Positions 12,831 to 25,538 of a DNA stretch of 64,000 nt are shown here, in pieces. The DNA is from Mobula hypostoma (lineage: Eukaryota), in contig NC_086097.1 in assembly GCF_963921235.1 (NCBI RefSeq), positions 232,750,001-232,814,000 of the forward strand, in the 5' to 3' direction. The number at the start of each line of letters is the position of its first letter. Position 1 is the first letter of the stretch. The translations under genes and the position numbers were made by a program. The notes beneath the pieces were generated by a model. It saw only the letters and a program-made list of their open reading frames with translations. It searched no databases and was not told the origin of the DNA.

Positions 12831-12950
12831 AGCAACCGCGGGGCTTTGCGTACGTCAGGAGCTGAGCAGGGGAAGGCTGAGAGGCGGGCTGTCAAGATGG
12901 TTTAACCCAAAATAGCATCTCTTCCTCAGGCGCTGCTGCTGCCCAAACAA
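12370..12950. promoter_or_regulatory. CpG island / promoter
   Basis: Only CpG-rich, repeat-free stretch in the window; CRE-like TACGTCA (12851), GC box GAGGCGGG (12881), YY1-like CAAGATGG (12893). Confidence 0.8.
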
Positions 12951-13235
12951 CCTGGCTTTCCTGTCACTCAGATTACTTCGGCGAATTGATTTGCAATATG
13001 TGGATTATATAATTAATTTTCTTTCCTAAATCCAATAAAACTGCCATTAGTCGATCTCACCATCTGAGTTTTGAAATCACGTGCACAGTTTTGTTGATGG
13101 GCATACCCAGTATCTTTTGACACCTGCTTACACCCGGTGGAAAGTTGCCAAGAAGGTGCGAGCGCCCAAGGCGCGCCCAAATTCAGAAAGTGGGAAACTG
13201 ACTAGAAAATATTACAAACGCCCGTCTGTGGAGAA

Positions 13236-13237
<2 letters not shown>

Positions 13238-13278
<41 letters not shown>
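13238..13278. repeat. (TG)20 microsatellite
   Basis: Direct reading. Confidence 0.98.
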
Positions 13279-13280
<2 letters not shown>

Positions 13281-13739
13281 CGGCTGGATTATTTGGATTA
13301 TTGCATAGTTCCTTTTTCGTTGTCAGGTTCACTATGGACCTCAGCCAGTGCCGGAACCTTTCCTCTCTCCTCTTCATCGTTGTTCTAAGGAAAACTTAAT
13401 ACTGACGTCCATCGAAGTCAGATAGGTAACCTGACGAAAGGCGGTCCAATAGTTCATCTGTTTTAACATGTAGTTAGGATGGAGAATATGAATTGAACGT
13501 AAGTGCTCCACAACAACTGCACCATCACCGACTCTTCAGCTCCTGTCCTACCACACAGACCAAGGAAAGCATTCCCATTATTCTCTCCTTTCATCCCACC
13601 GGCCTCCACATTGGTTCAAGCTGACAGGAAGGTGACATTAAGTCAAATAACAATGTGTTACAACAGTGGTGTGCAGAAGAGCATCTCTGATGAATAGTTA
13701 ATTCTGCAGCATGGGTCCTACAACATCAGTCCAACCACA

Positions 13740-14545
13740 TCTACCTGAAAACGTCAGACTTGCCTGGGTATATTCTATTCACAAAAAAAGGACAAATTCA
13801 TTCTGGCTAATTACCACTCAATCAATTTGCTCTGGATTATTGGCAGAGCCAAGGAAGCTATTTTCAAACAGAACTTATTTCCCCAATGACCCACTTCCAA
13901 TGTCTTGTTTGGATTTTGTCAGGGCCATTGGATCCAAGCTTCCTCACAGCCCCAATCCAAATATGGAATTAAGAGCTGAATTCTAAATTTGAGATTAGAG
14001 CCACTGCCCTAGACATCAAGGAAACAAGGCAGCATCAAGGAGCCTTGATGTACCGTGACTGTAACTGAAGTCAGTGGGCATCAACAGGAAAGCAATCCAA
14101 AAGTTTGTCTACCTCTCACCAAGTTGCCTATCTGAATCCAAAAAGGTAAATTTATATAAAATTACCTTGGAGCAAGGATGGGAGAGGAGAAATAAAACTC
14201 TAGATACATGCTGAGGTCCATCATAGATCTCACAACCCAGAAGAGATTAATTTATTCCAATAATACTTCTCACTCCCGTCTACCACAAAGAAAGACAATG
14301 GCAGCAGACAGATGGAAATGTATACCTGCAGGTCCCACTCCAAACCACAAAATATCCTGACCGGGAAATTTAGTGCTGGTCCTTCATTGTCAATAGTTTA
14401 AATTCTGGAGCTTCCTCTTCAACTCATCGCAGGACTACTTTCACCAGACTTACTGAGTGATTCAACAAGGCTCTTGATTTTTACCTTCTTATGCAATATT
14501 AGGGGTGGACAATGAAAGTTGGTCTTGTCAGAGACACCTTTATCC
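13740..14545 (+). mobile_element. Old CR1/L2-group LINE RT remnant and tail
   Basis: Decayed HKK.DKS..ANY, FGF.QGH and ALDIK-like motifs. Confidence 0.55.
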
Positions 14546-14917
14546 TAGAATTTTAAAAACTCCAAAGGTCAGGGAAAATCGATAATTAAATGAAATTAAG
14601 GCACAGAACTGGAAAGGAAAATAGAATTAATAGCTGGAGAAAAGAATCAAGAAAGATGGGCAAGTGAAAATGTAAGGAATTAAAACCCTCTGGGAACAAT
14701 TGCTTTCTTACAGGAGTTGTTTTTTTCTATAATTGAAGGCTGTGTCCCATAGGAAGACCATAAAGAGCATTGTGATTTACCTTTGATGTTATTTTTATGT
14801 CAGTGACAGTGTTCCATCACCGACTCTTCTGCTCTCAGCCCCTGTCCTACCACACAGACCAAGGAAAGCATTCCCATTATTCTCTCCTTTCATCCCACCA
14901 GCCTCCACATGCAACCT

Positions 14918-15086
14918 TCACATTGGTTCAAGCTGACAGGAAGGTGACATTAAGTCAAATAACAACGTGTTCCAACAGTGGAGTGCAGAAGAGCATCTCT
15001 GAACCGACACACATTGAACCTTGAAGTGGATGGGCTACAGCAGTAGAAGACCACAAACATGTACTCAGTGGCCACTTTATAAGGTA
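14918..15086 (+). mobile_element. Tc1-like transposon fragment
   Basis: LVQADRK.T..QITT..NSGVQKSISE; followed by TIR sequence actcagtggccactttataaggta. Confidence 0.8.
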
Positions 15087-17201
15087 TCAGAATCAGTTTT
15101 ATTATCACTGGCATATATGTTGTGAAATTTGTTAACTGAACAGCATCAGTTCAATGCAATGCATAACATAGAAGAAAAAAATAAAGAAGTAAATCAATTA
15201 CTGTATACATATATTGAATAAATTAAAAATCATGCAAAACACAGAAATAATATATATTTAAAAAGTGAGGTAGTGTTTAAGGGTTCAATGTCCATTTAGG
15301 AATTGGATGGCAGAGGGGAAGAAGCTGTTTCTGAATTGCTGAGTGTGCGCCTTCAGGCTTCTGTATCTCCTACCTGATGGTAACAATGAGAAAAGGGCAT
15401 GTCCTGGGTGCTGGAGGTCCTTAATAATGGACGCTATCTCTCTGAGACACTGCTCCTGGAAGAAGTCCTGGGTACTTCGTAGGCAAGTACCCAAGATGGA
15501 GCCGACTAAATTTACAACCCTCTGCAGCTTCTTTCGGTCCTGTGCAGTAGCGCCCCCCCCCCCCCATACCAGACAGTGATCTAGCCTGTCAGAATACCCT
15601 CCATGATACATCTATAGAAGTTTTTGATCTCTTCAGACTCCTAATGAAGTATAGTCGCTGTCTTGTCTTCTATATAACTGCATCGATATGTTGAGACCAG
15701 GTTAGATCCTCAGAGATCTTGACACCCAAGAACTTGAAACTGCTCACTTTCTCCACTTCTGATCCCTCTATGAGGATTGGTATGTGTTCCTTCATCTTGC
15801 CCTTCCTGAAGTCCACAATCAGCTCTTTCGACTTACTGATGTTGAGTGCCAGGTTGTTGCTGTGACGCCATTCCTCTAGTTGGTATACCTCACTCCTGCA
15901 CACCCTCTCGTCACCATCTGAGATTCTACCAACAATGGTTGTACCATCAGCAAACTTCTAGATGGTATTTGAGCTATGCCTAGCCACACAGTCATGGGTA
16001 TAGACAGAGTAGAGCAGTGGGCTAAGCACACACCCCTGAAGTGCACCAGTGTTGATCATCAGTGAGGAGGAGGTGTTACCACCAATCCACACAGATTGTG
16101 GTCTTCTGGTTAGAAAGTTGAGGATCCAATTGCAGAGGGAGGTACAGAGTCCCAGGTTCTGTAATTTCTCAATCAGGATTGTGGGAATGATGGTATTAAA
16201 TGCTGAGCTATAGTCGATGAACAGCATCCTGACCTAGGTGTTTGTGTTGTCCAGGTGGTCTAAAGCCGTGTGGAGAGCCATTGAGATTGCATCTGCTGTT
16301 GACTTATTGTGGTGATAGGCAAATTGCAATGGGTCCAGGTCCTTGCTGAGGCATGAGTTCAGTCTAGTCATGACTAAAGTCTCAAAGCATTTCATCACCG
16401 TAGATATGAGTGCTACAGGATGATACTTATTAAGGCAGCTCACGTTATTCTTCTTAGGTACTGGTATAATTGTTGCCTTTTTGAAGCAAGTGGGAACTTC
16501 CACCCGTAGTAGTGATTGAAAATATCCTTGAATACTCCCACTAGTAGGTTGGCACAGGTTTTCAGAGCCTTGCCAGGTGCTCCATCAGGACCTTCTGCCT
16601 TGTGAGGGTTCACTCTCATAGAACATAGAACATAGAATAGTACAGCACAGTACAGGACCTTCGGCCCACAATGTTGTGCCGACCCTCAAACCCTGCCTCC
16701 CATATAACCCCCCACCTTCAATTCCTCCATATACCTGTCTAGTAGTCTCTTAAACTTCATGAGTGTATCTGCCTCCACCACTGACTCAGGCAGTGCATTC
16801 CACGCACCAACCATTCTCTGAGTAAAAAGCCTTCCTCTAATATCCCCCTTGAACTTCCCATCCCTTACCTTAAAGCCATGTCCTCTTGTATCGAGCAGTG
16901 GTGCCCTGGGGAAGAGGCGCTGGCTATCCACTCTATCTATTCCTCTTATTATCTTGTACACCCCTATCATGTCTCCTCTCATCCTCCTTCTCTCCAAAGA
17001 GTAAAGCCCTAGCTCCCTTAATCTCTGATCATAATCCATACTCTCTAAACCTGGCAGCATCCTGGTAAATCTCCTCTGTACCCTTTCCAATGCTTCCACA
17101 TCCTTCCTATAGTGAGGCGACCAGAACTGGACACAGTAAAGGCCCTCTGTAAAGACAGCCTAACATCGGCCTCTGAGACAGAGATCACAGGGTCATCAGG
17201 C
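15086..17201 (-). mobile_element. Rex1/Babar LINE RT (disrupted), host of a CR1 insertion
   Basis: ORFs 16234-16503, 15958-16227 ([20 protein letters not shown]), 15670-15903, 15285-15611. Confidence 0.92.
16618..17138 (-). mobile_element. CR1 family A 3' end (young) nested in Rex1
   Basis: ORF 16686-17099 is nearly identical to the C-terminus of 29707-30516; (TTCTATG)n tail. Confidence 0.92.
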
Positions 17202-17254
17202 TACTAAGTGTAAGTACTTTTATTATAAATTTATGTTGAAAGTTGTATATTCCT

Positions 17255-17713
17255 CCAGACACCAACAGAATCAACAAACTTATTCGTAAGGCCAGTGATG
17301 TTGTGGGGATGGAACTGGTCTCTCTCACGGTGGTGTCTGAAAAGAGGATGCTGTCTAAGTTGCATGCCATCTTGGTCAATGTCTCCCATCCACCACGTAA
17401 TGTACTGGGTGGGCACAGGAGTACATTCAGCCAGAGACTCATTCCTCCAGATGCAACACAGAGCGTCATAGGAAGTCATTCCTGCCTGTGGCCATCAAAC
17501 TTCACAACTCCTCCCTTGGAGGGTCAGACACCCTGTGCCGATAGGCTGGTCCTGGATTTATTTCATAATTTACTGGCATAATTTACATATTACTATTTAA
17601 CTATTTATGTTTCTATTACTATTTATTATTTATGGTGCAACTGTAACGAAAACCAATTTCCCCCTGGGATCAATAAAGTATGACTACGACTATGACTATG
17701 ACTATGAACTATG
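17255..17713 (+). mobile_element. Rex1/Babar 3' end, second family
   Basis: RINKLIRKASDVVG..SHP; aataaag plus (GACTAT)n tail; a ~45 bp tail-only copy lies at 55945-55990 (-). Confidence 0.8.
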
Positions 17714-18359
17714 CACATTACAATCCTCAGATGTCAACAGTGAATGCAGCAATTTCAGAAAGTGACTCTCTGCTAGAACTGACCAGTTCTGGTGAACAGT
17801 TAACAACTTGAAACATTAACCCTACCTGTTCATTCCACAAATGCTGTTTGACCTACTGAAGACATTTAGCATTCTGTTTTTATTTCAGATTTCTAGAATT
17901 TGTGTGTTTTGTTTTTCTGGTGTTTTTGTATTTCACAGTGATAGCATTTTTCTCTTTCACTCTTTTGTTTTCATTCATCTTCTTTTGACATATTAGTAGA
18001 AGCTGGGTTTTACAATCTATTATCTACAATTTACAAGACTTCACCAAACCTGGCACACCCATCATGTTTGACATTGAGATCTATCCTATCAAAGGCATTC
18101 TCTTTCTTTTCTCCATACCTCTTATTTCTCTACGATTTCAAACAGGCAGCTTTATACCTTTTCTCAGTTTTGTGAAAAGTCATTGACTTGAAATATTAAC
18201 TGTCAATCTAAAATGATACCTGAGCTACAATTTCAAGCATTCTTTGTTATTATTAATATAATATATCCAGCTCCAAAGTCCACATTTTAAATTCCATGCT
18301 GTTTGCGTTCATTATCAATGTTCTTCGTAAATTACATGAAATGATTATTGTTCATAGAC

Positions 18360-20720
18360 AAAGTTATATCATTGGATTATAGGAGAATAGAAGTTGTGGT
18401 TTGGGTACTGGCAGGTGAAGGAGAATAGTAAGTATACACAAAACTGCAAAAAAGTTACTGAATTTCTCTCCAATATAATAAGAATAAGAAGTATGAATTG
18501 AGATTTAGATTAGATTATGAGGACATGCAGTCCTCTTTTTATTGTCATTTAGTAATGCGTGCATTAAGAAATGATACAATGTTTTTCCAGAATGATATCA
18601 CGAAAACACATGACAAACCGACTTAAAAACTAACAAAAACCACATAATTATAACATATAGTTATAATACACTTTTGGATTTCTGCTGAGTTGGAGACAGC
18701 ACCGAGCAGCTCGTAAGTTGCTATGGTGACCGAAAGCGGTGTTATTTGATGGACAATTGATGTTATGATTTTTCGGCTACTTCTTCAAGGATATTTGCCT
18801 GCTTGTACATTTCTTACACAGACAAAGGAAGGAGGAGATATTTGGGTGACAGTTGATGCTCAGCACGGGAAGATAAAATAGAATGTCAGATGATAGACCT
18901 CAGACACATGTTTTGGACACTGAATGAGCTTTGTTGTGCCCGCAGAAAAAGTGCGTTTTTGGAGGATCGATCAGGCAGATCGATCAGTGGCTCTTGCAGT
19001 GAAAAGAAAAGGCAGTGACCAGTGGAGAGTTGTCCATGTGTCCACCCTTGCCTGGGTGATAGCTCCACCACAGAAAACTGGTCCCCTTTGTTGTGGTCAC
19101 TGCTGGTGACTTTTAAAGGATTTCGGAGGACAACAAGAAGATCGACGGTGCCAGCTCACCTGAAGACTCAAATCTCTCCCTCTCTCTCTCTTCATCACTA
19201 CTCAACTCAATACCACAAACTGAACTGAACTTTACTCATCATTGTAAGACTGTATCTTTTTAACCCCTAGACTTAAAGAAGCTTGGTTTTTCACATATAT
19301 TTCCACACTTACTGATTTACTTACTTATATATAATCATTGCTAACCTGTTTGATTTATCTACATTTATATTACTGTATTGCATAGTTACCAATAAATATT
19401 ATTAGTTAATAGCAATACTGGACTCCAAAGTGTTTTCTATTTCTGCTGGTTCTTTATTCCCATTACGGGGTACATGACAGGTGTATGTTATATACTCCCT
19501 AATGCTGATAGTGATTTTAATAAACAACTCTATCAGAATATTAGAAAAGCAAGTACTGAGGGTAATGTTATAGTTATAGGTGACTTTAATTTCCCAAATA
19601 TTGAGCAGGAGAACCCAATGTCTATTGGGTTACAGGAAAGTGAATTCATTTAGTTATTGAGTGATTGTTTTTTGACTCAGTATATAAATACACCAACAAG
19701 AGGAGGGGCCTGTCTAGATTTGATATTCTGGAACAATCAGGATAGAATTTTGAGTATGGAAGTGGTTGAACCTTTAGGAACAAACGATCACAATATTGTT
19801 AGTCTTGAAGTTTTTTTGGGAGAGCATATCAGTAAAAACCAAAGCCGTTAGATTGAATTTCAGAATAGCAAAGCGTGTGCAGATGCAACAAAGACTTCAG
19901 AAGGTAAACTGGAAGGAATTGCTTGACGTTGAGTCAGTTGAGGAACAATGGGGTTAATTCATGCAGTGCAGGAAATGTTCATAACCAAGTTTGGAAGAAG
20001 CAATAAAAATAATATATCAACCATATGGATGAATAAAGATATACATAAAATTATTGAATAACAGACAGCTAAATAAAGAATACAGGAAAAAATAGTAATG
20101 ATGTTAATCATAGGGCATTTGAAAATATGAGAGCTAAAGTCAAGGAGGAAATTCGGATTGCCAAAAGGCAGATTGAGAAGAATATTGCAGATGATGCTAA
20201 GATTGACCCCAAGAGAGTTTTTCAATATTTTAGTAATAAAAGAAAAGCCAAGGAGGAAGTTATGTGCATTAGAAATAATAGTGGGGTGATAAATATGCAG
20301 GGAAGGACATAGCAGATACTCTTAACTCATATTTTGCTAAAGGATTCACTGGCAAAGGTGTTAGCAATATGTCAGTAAGTGCAGAGAAAAATAAGGTTGT
20401 TTTAAGTGACTTAGAGATCTCAGAAAGTGAGGTCCTGCTTCAGCTGAAAAGGTTGAAAATTAATATATTTCCAGGACCAGACAACATACAGGTGGAGACT
20501 GGTCAAAGGGAGATTTCAGACTAACATTAGGAAGCATTTCTTTACACAGTGACTTGTGGACATATGGAACAAAAGACTTAGTTGTGTAGTTGAGGGTCGT
20601 ACCTTAGAGACGTTCAGATCTAAACTCGATAGTTATTTCAACACACCATGTGAATAGGAATTTGGCAAGCAAGCTTTGTTGGGTCAAATGGCCTGTCCTT
20701 GTCAAAAACATTCTAATGTT
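18360..20720 (+). mobile_element. AT-rich CR1, endonuclease and tether region with RT deleted; interrupted at 18501-19479
   Basis: GVCY..P, IGDFNFPNI, PTRGGACLDLIF, DHN; jumps from PGPDNI (~20490) to the RKHFFTQ 3' end. Confidence 0.8.
18670..19479 (+). mobile_element. Solo-LTR-like element (5' end unclear)
   Basis: AATAAA at 19391, terminus ...ggggtacatgaCA; interrupts the CR1 endonuclease region. Confidence 0.55.
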
Positions 20721-20724
20721 TTTT

Positions 20725-21179
20725 TTTAATATCACTGACATATGTTGTGAAATCTGTTTAGTGGCAGCAGAGTATTACTATATATAATAATAAGTAAATC
20801 TATAAATTTCAATAAGAAATATGTATAAAAATAAATTAAATGGTAGTGCAAAATGAAAGCAAAAGATAGAGATGTCAGTACCTCCAGTTGAACTCTGTCT
20901 TTTTATGTGATTCCCCCTAGCTATCAGTCTGTGGTTTGTATTGCCATGTGCTCCTGTCCCCATTCCTGCTCTACTCTAGTCCCTGTATTACTGAGTACTC
21001 TGTCTCTCATCTGTTTCTCATTATTACCTTTATTGCTGCCACCTGTGTCTCATTGTGCTCCACCTATCATCTGCCTCTCTGTTTATTGCTCAGTGTATTT
21101 TAGTCCTGTGTTTTCATCTGTTTGTTGCTAGATTGTGCCAGTGAATTTTCCTGGGCCTTTCCAGCATTTGTATCTGTAC

Positions 21180-21248
<69 letters not shown>

Positions 21249-22143
21249 AAATCAACTCTGCCTGTTTCCTGATTCTGTTTTTTGGATTTCTCTGGTTGTC
21301 TTGATCTCTGCCTGAACTTTGATGCTGACTTCATTTGCACCTTGGGATTGTACTCTGTCTGTCTGAATATTGACTCTGCCTGTTTCCTGATTTTGGGTAT
21401 CTCTGGATGTTTTGATCTCTGCCTGAATTTTGACGCTGGCTTTGTTTGCACCTTGGAATTTGTTACTCAATTAATAGCACTGTGTGCACAGTACTAGGTC
21501 TGTGTTTAGATCCCTGCTCCAGTGTCCTGACAAGAAGAAAAAATAGTGAGGTAGTGTTCATGGGTTCATTGTCCATTCAGAAATCTGATGGCAGAGGGGA
21601 AGAAGTTGTTCCTGAATTGTTGAGTGTGTCTTCAGACTCCTGTACCTCCTCCTTGATGGTAGCAATGAGAAGGGAGCATGTCCTGAGTCATAGGGGTCCT
21701 TAACGATGGATACTGCCTTTTTGATGTATTACCTTTTGATGGTGGGAAGGCTGGTACTCCTGATGAAACTGGCTGAGCTTACACTGACTGCAGCTTTTAC
21801 TGATCCCGTGCAGAGGCTCCTCCATACCAGATGGTGATGCAACCAGTTAGAATGCTCTCCATTGGACATCTGTAGAAATTCACGAGAGTAAATCTCTTCA
21901 AACTCCTGATGAAATATAGCCACTGTCATGCTTGCTTTGAAATTGCATTGATATTTTGGGCCCAGGATAGATCTTTAGATGTTGACACCTAATAACTTGT
22001 AACTACTGACTGTTTCCACTCCTGATTTGTTGATGAAGGCTGGTGTGTTTTCCCTCAACTTCCTGTTCCTGAAGTCCACAATCAAGTCCTTGGTCTTATG
22101 GGCAACGAGTGCAAGGTTGGTGTTGTGACACCACTCAACCAGC
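20725..22143 (-). mobile_element. Rex1/Babar LINE 3' part, split by an LTR-like insertion
   Basis: ORF 21975-22160 LVEWCH.NLAL..KTKDLIVDFR. Confidence 0.8.
20873..21532 (+). mobile_element. Solo-LTR-like element containing (TCTG)n and a two-copy ~110 bp tandem repeat
   Basis: Termini TGTCAG...CTGACA; microsatellite 21180-21247; units ~21255-21372 and ~21373-21467. Confidence 0.7.
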
Positions 22144-22159
22144 TTCTTTAAGTGTCTCA

Positions 22160-23400
22160 TCTTCTAATTTAATAATAGTAATAGATTATTTATAGAGTAC
22201 TTCTCATACGAGTGATGTAGTTCAAAGTGCTTTACAATGCGATAAAGTACAAACATAAAAGTAAGACAAAGATGTGAGTTAAATGCAAGGTTAAGTAAGT
22301 AGGTTTTGAGATGCCATTTTATAAAAGCCAGGACCAACAGACTCCAGGACAGCTTCCACCAGGCCATCAGACTGATTAACTTGCGCTAATTTGAGTGTAT
22401 TTCTATGTTACATTGACTGTTTTATTTATTATAAATGTCAAAATGTGCAATCATAGTCAGGTAATGCAAAGATTTTTACTCGTATGTGAAGAATGTAAGA
22501 AATAAAGTCAATTCAAATTAAAAGTGTCAACTGAGTGTGCATCCCTTATAGTTTTGGGTATTACATTCCACAGTTTTGGAGTGTAGTTAATAAAAGCTGA
22601 TCTTCCAATTTTCTTTTGAGGGAGATTATTTAAATTTAGGACACTGGTGGAAGAGGACCTGCGAGTTCAGGCAGGATTATAAAGCAATAGTGATTCTGTA
22701 TATACTCCTGTCCCAGACCATTAAGAGCTATGAAAACAAATAAGAGAACTTTAATATCAATTCTAAAAGATGCACAAAGCCAGTGCAGAGTAATTAGGAT
22801 GGGAGTGATATGTTCCTTCCATCTAGTTTTTGAGAAGTCTAGCACCAGTGTCTGAATGAGTTACAATTTGTCAATAGTTTGCATTGGAAGGCCAGCGTGC
22901 AGTGCATTAGTAATCTAATCGATTATAAAGGTGTGAATTAGTTTTTGCATAATTATGTGACAGATGAATGTACCTATGTAAACAACAGGAATTCTGCAGA
23001 TGCTGGAAATTCAACCAACACACATCAAAGTTGCTGGTGAACGCAGCAGGCCAAGCAGCATCTGTAGGAAGAAGTGCAGTCGACGTTTCAGGCCGAGACC
23101 CTTCGTCAGGACGAAGGGTCTCGGCCTGAAATGTCGACTGCACCTCTTCCTACAGATGCTGCTTGGCCTGCTGCGTTCACCAGCAACTTTGATGTGTGTT
23201 GGTTGTACCTATGCAATATTTCTTTCATGTTTGAAATGCTGCTCTGATCACTTTATGTGGGATTTAAAATCCAAATCTGAATCAAGAATAATACCTAGGC
23301 TTCTTAATTCTGATTTTACAATGGGAGTCCAGTTCTCAGGTTTATCAAGAAGTTTATCTCTTATACGAGTGCAATGCTTGAAGAGCACAAGTAGAGTGCA
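22160..23400 (-). mobile_element. L2-clade LINE 3' part, host of a Rex1 tail (22325-22518) and a PLE hairpin
   Basis: EHITPILITLHWL..FRID.KVLL...ALNGL in ORF 22636-22845. Confidence 0.8.
22982..23205. mobile_element. Penelope-like fold-back mini-element
   Basis: 96 bp arms 23012-23107/23110-23205 with 2 mismatches; TSD tgtacctatgYaa; hammerhead core on the minus strand at 23077-23112. Confidence 0.9.
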
Positions 23401-23721
23401 GAGCTATAACAGCAAGGGAAACTGTCCCTGAATACCTTGAAGGCAAGAAAGTTCTTCCAAACTTGACCATAATCTGAACCAGCTCTCTGTTATGGTACTG
23501 CAGCTCCCCAGTTCTCACCAACCATACTGTCTACATGTATGAATATACTCTTTCAACCTATGCCAGACTAACTCACATTTGAGTACTCCTATTTTTGAAC
23601 TATTCTGTTATTTGTCTCAGTTGTCCTTGTTCTCTAATACTTCAGTTAGGTCTGTAACTCCAACTAAACCAGATTAAGTTGTCTGTAAAGTATACATTGT
23701 CCTTCCCACATAGACTCTAGA

Positions 23722-24212
23722 CTTCAAAGTTCAAAGTAAATTTATTGTCCAAGTACACTTATGCCACCATGTACAACCCTGAGATTCATTTTCCTGTGGG
23801 CATACTCAATAAATCCATAATAGAATAATAACCATAATAGAGTCAATGACAGACTGCACCAGCTTGGTTGTTCAATCAGGGTGCAAAAGATGACAAACTG
23901 TGCAAATACAAAAGGAAGTAAATAGTAATAGATAAATAAGCAATAAATATCAAGAACATGAGATGAAGAGTCCCTGAAAATGAGTCCACAGGTTGTTGGA
24001 ACATTTCAATGATAGGCAAGTGAAGCTATCCCCTCTGGTTCAAGAGCCTGCTGATTGAGGGGTGATAACTGTTCCTGTACCTGGTGGTGTGGGTCCTGGG
24101 CCTCCTGTACTTCCTTCCTGATGGCAGCAGCAAGAAGAGAGCGTGACCTGAGTGGTGGGTGACCCTGATGACTGAGTCTACCTCCCCGTGACAACGCTTT
24201 CTATAGATGTGG
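23722..24212 (-). mobile_element. Rex1-type LINE 3' end
   Basis: (TTTGAAC)n tail and HP.H.LFS.LPSGRRYR-like sequence; related copies at 32245-32690 and 40081-40240. Confidence 0.7.
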
Positions 24213-24424
24213 AGTTGTGAAAAAAAAAACTTTCAACAGGTAGCTGTTGCTCCATAGCTGCTGCCTTTGTCCCACAGAATGTAAGGCCTTCTCACCTACT
24301 CTGTTTTCCAGCCAGGTAGTAAGCATTTCATTATACTATTAGTATGTTCCATTGTGAAGCCTGGAAATGATGTGTTGTCTGAAAGAGCAGAATTGATACA
24401 ACAGGAAGAACCTGGTTTCACTAC

Positions 24425-25075
24425 ATTAGATTAGATTATGAGGACACTCAGTCCTCATTTATAGTCACTTAGGAATGCATGCATTAAAAAATGTTACAAT
24501 GTTCCTCCAGAAAGACATCACAGAAACACAGGACAAACCAAGACTAAAACTGACAAAACCATATAATTATAACATATAGTTACAACAGTGCAAAGCAATA
24601 CTGTAATTTGATAAAGAGCAGACCATGGGCACGGTTAAAAAAAGTCTCAAAGTCCTGATAGCCCTATCATCTCACGCAGACGGTAGAAGGGAGAAACTCT
24701 CCCTGCCATGAACCTCCAAATGCCCCAAACTTGCCGATGCACTGGAAGCACCTGACTGCAGCTGACTCTGAGTCCGTCCGAAAACTTCGAGCCTCCGACA
24801 CCGAGCACCATCTCTGCCGAGTGCTTTGACCCTACCCCGGCCACTGAGCAACAAGCAAAGCCGAGGATTCGGGGCCTTCCCCTCCGGAGATTTTGGATCA
24901 CACAGTAGCAGCGGCAGCGAAACAGGCATTTCAGAAGTTTCACAGATGTTCTCCTGTGATCTCATGTCTGTCTCCATCAAATCAGGATTGTGCACGGCAC
25001 CCTACTTGACAGATAAAAGATATCATTCACTGGAGTGGCCACTGTAAGCTGTGTCGCGCCAACATCTTCTCCCCA
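24425..25075 (-). mobile_element. Non-autonomous retroposon with (AATCT)n tail
   Basis: GC-rich non-coding body starting gggagaagatgttggcgcg; the same tail occurs at 18501-18668. Confidence 0.65.
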
Positions 25076-25538
25076 TGGTTAAGACTCCCCATCTCTTACA
25101 TCTCCTCCATTATCCCCAAAGTCTTGAGGTCCATTGCTGGATATGGTGTTCCACAGGGTAGAATTTTTTTATTCCTTGAAGTATGAATTTGATAGATGTG
25201 GGGTGGTCTAAGTATATGCTATAATAAAGTCAAATTTGAGTCTATTGTAACATGCGCAAGTACATGCATGCACGTGTGATGAAAGATTGTTGGTAATGTC
25301 ATGGAAAAATGGCATCTTGTAAGCAGCATTCACAAAAAGACATACATCAGTTCCTAATTAATAATTTAATTAAAAATGTAACCCTCTGGCTCGGCCAGCA
25401 CATGTTCGTCTAGGGGAAAACAACTCCTGGCCCTGTCAAACTGACAAATCGCGTTTGTGTAGATGCTGCGTGATGTGTTGCCCGGTTACAAATCTGCATT
25501 GCAAAATATCAGACAGTACACCATATGCAATTAACTGA

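Noticed and set aside
12397..12905. Overlapping ORFs of 66-120 aa
   Set aside because: Expected from GC-rich CpG-island sequence; no recognisable domain
21128..21497. Repetitive ORFs or CRISPR-like array
   Set aside because: Microsatellite plus a two-unit tandem repeat in an LTR; no repeat-spacer pattern; eukaryotic context
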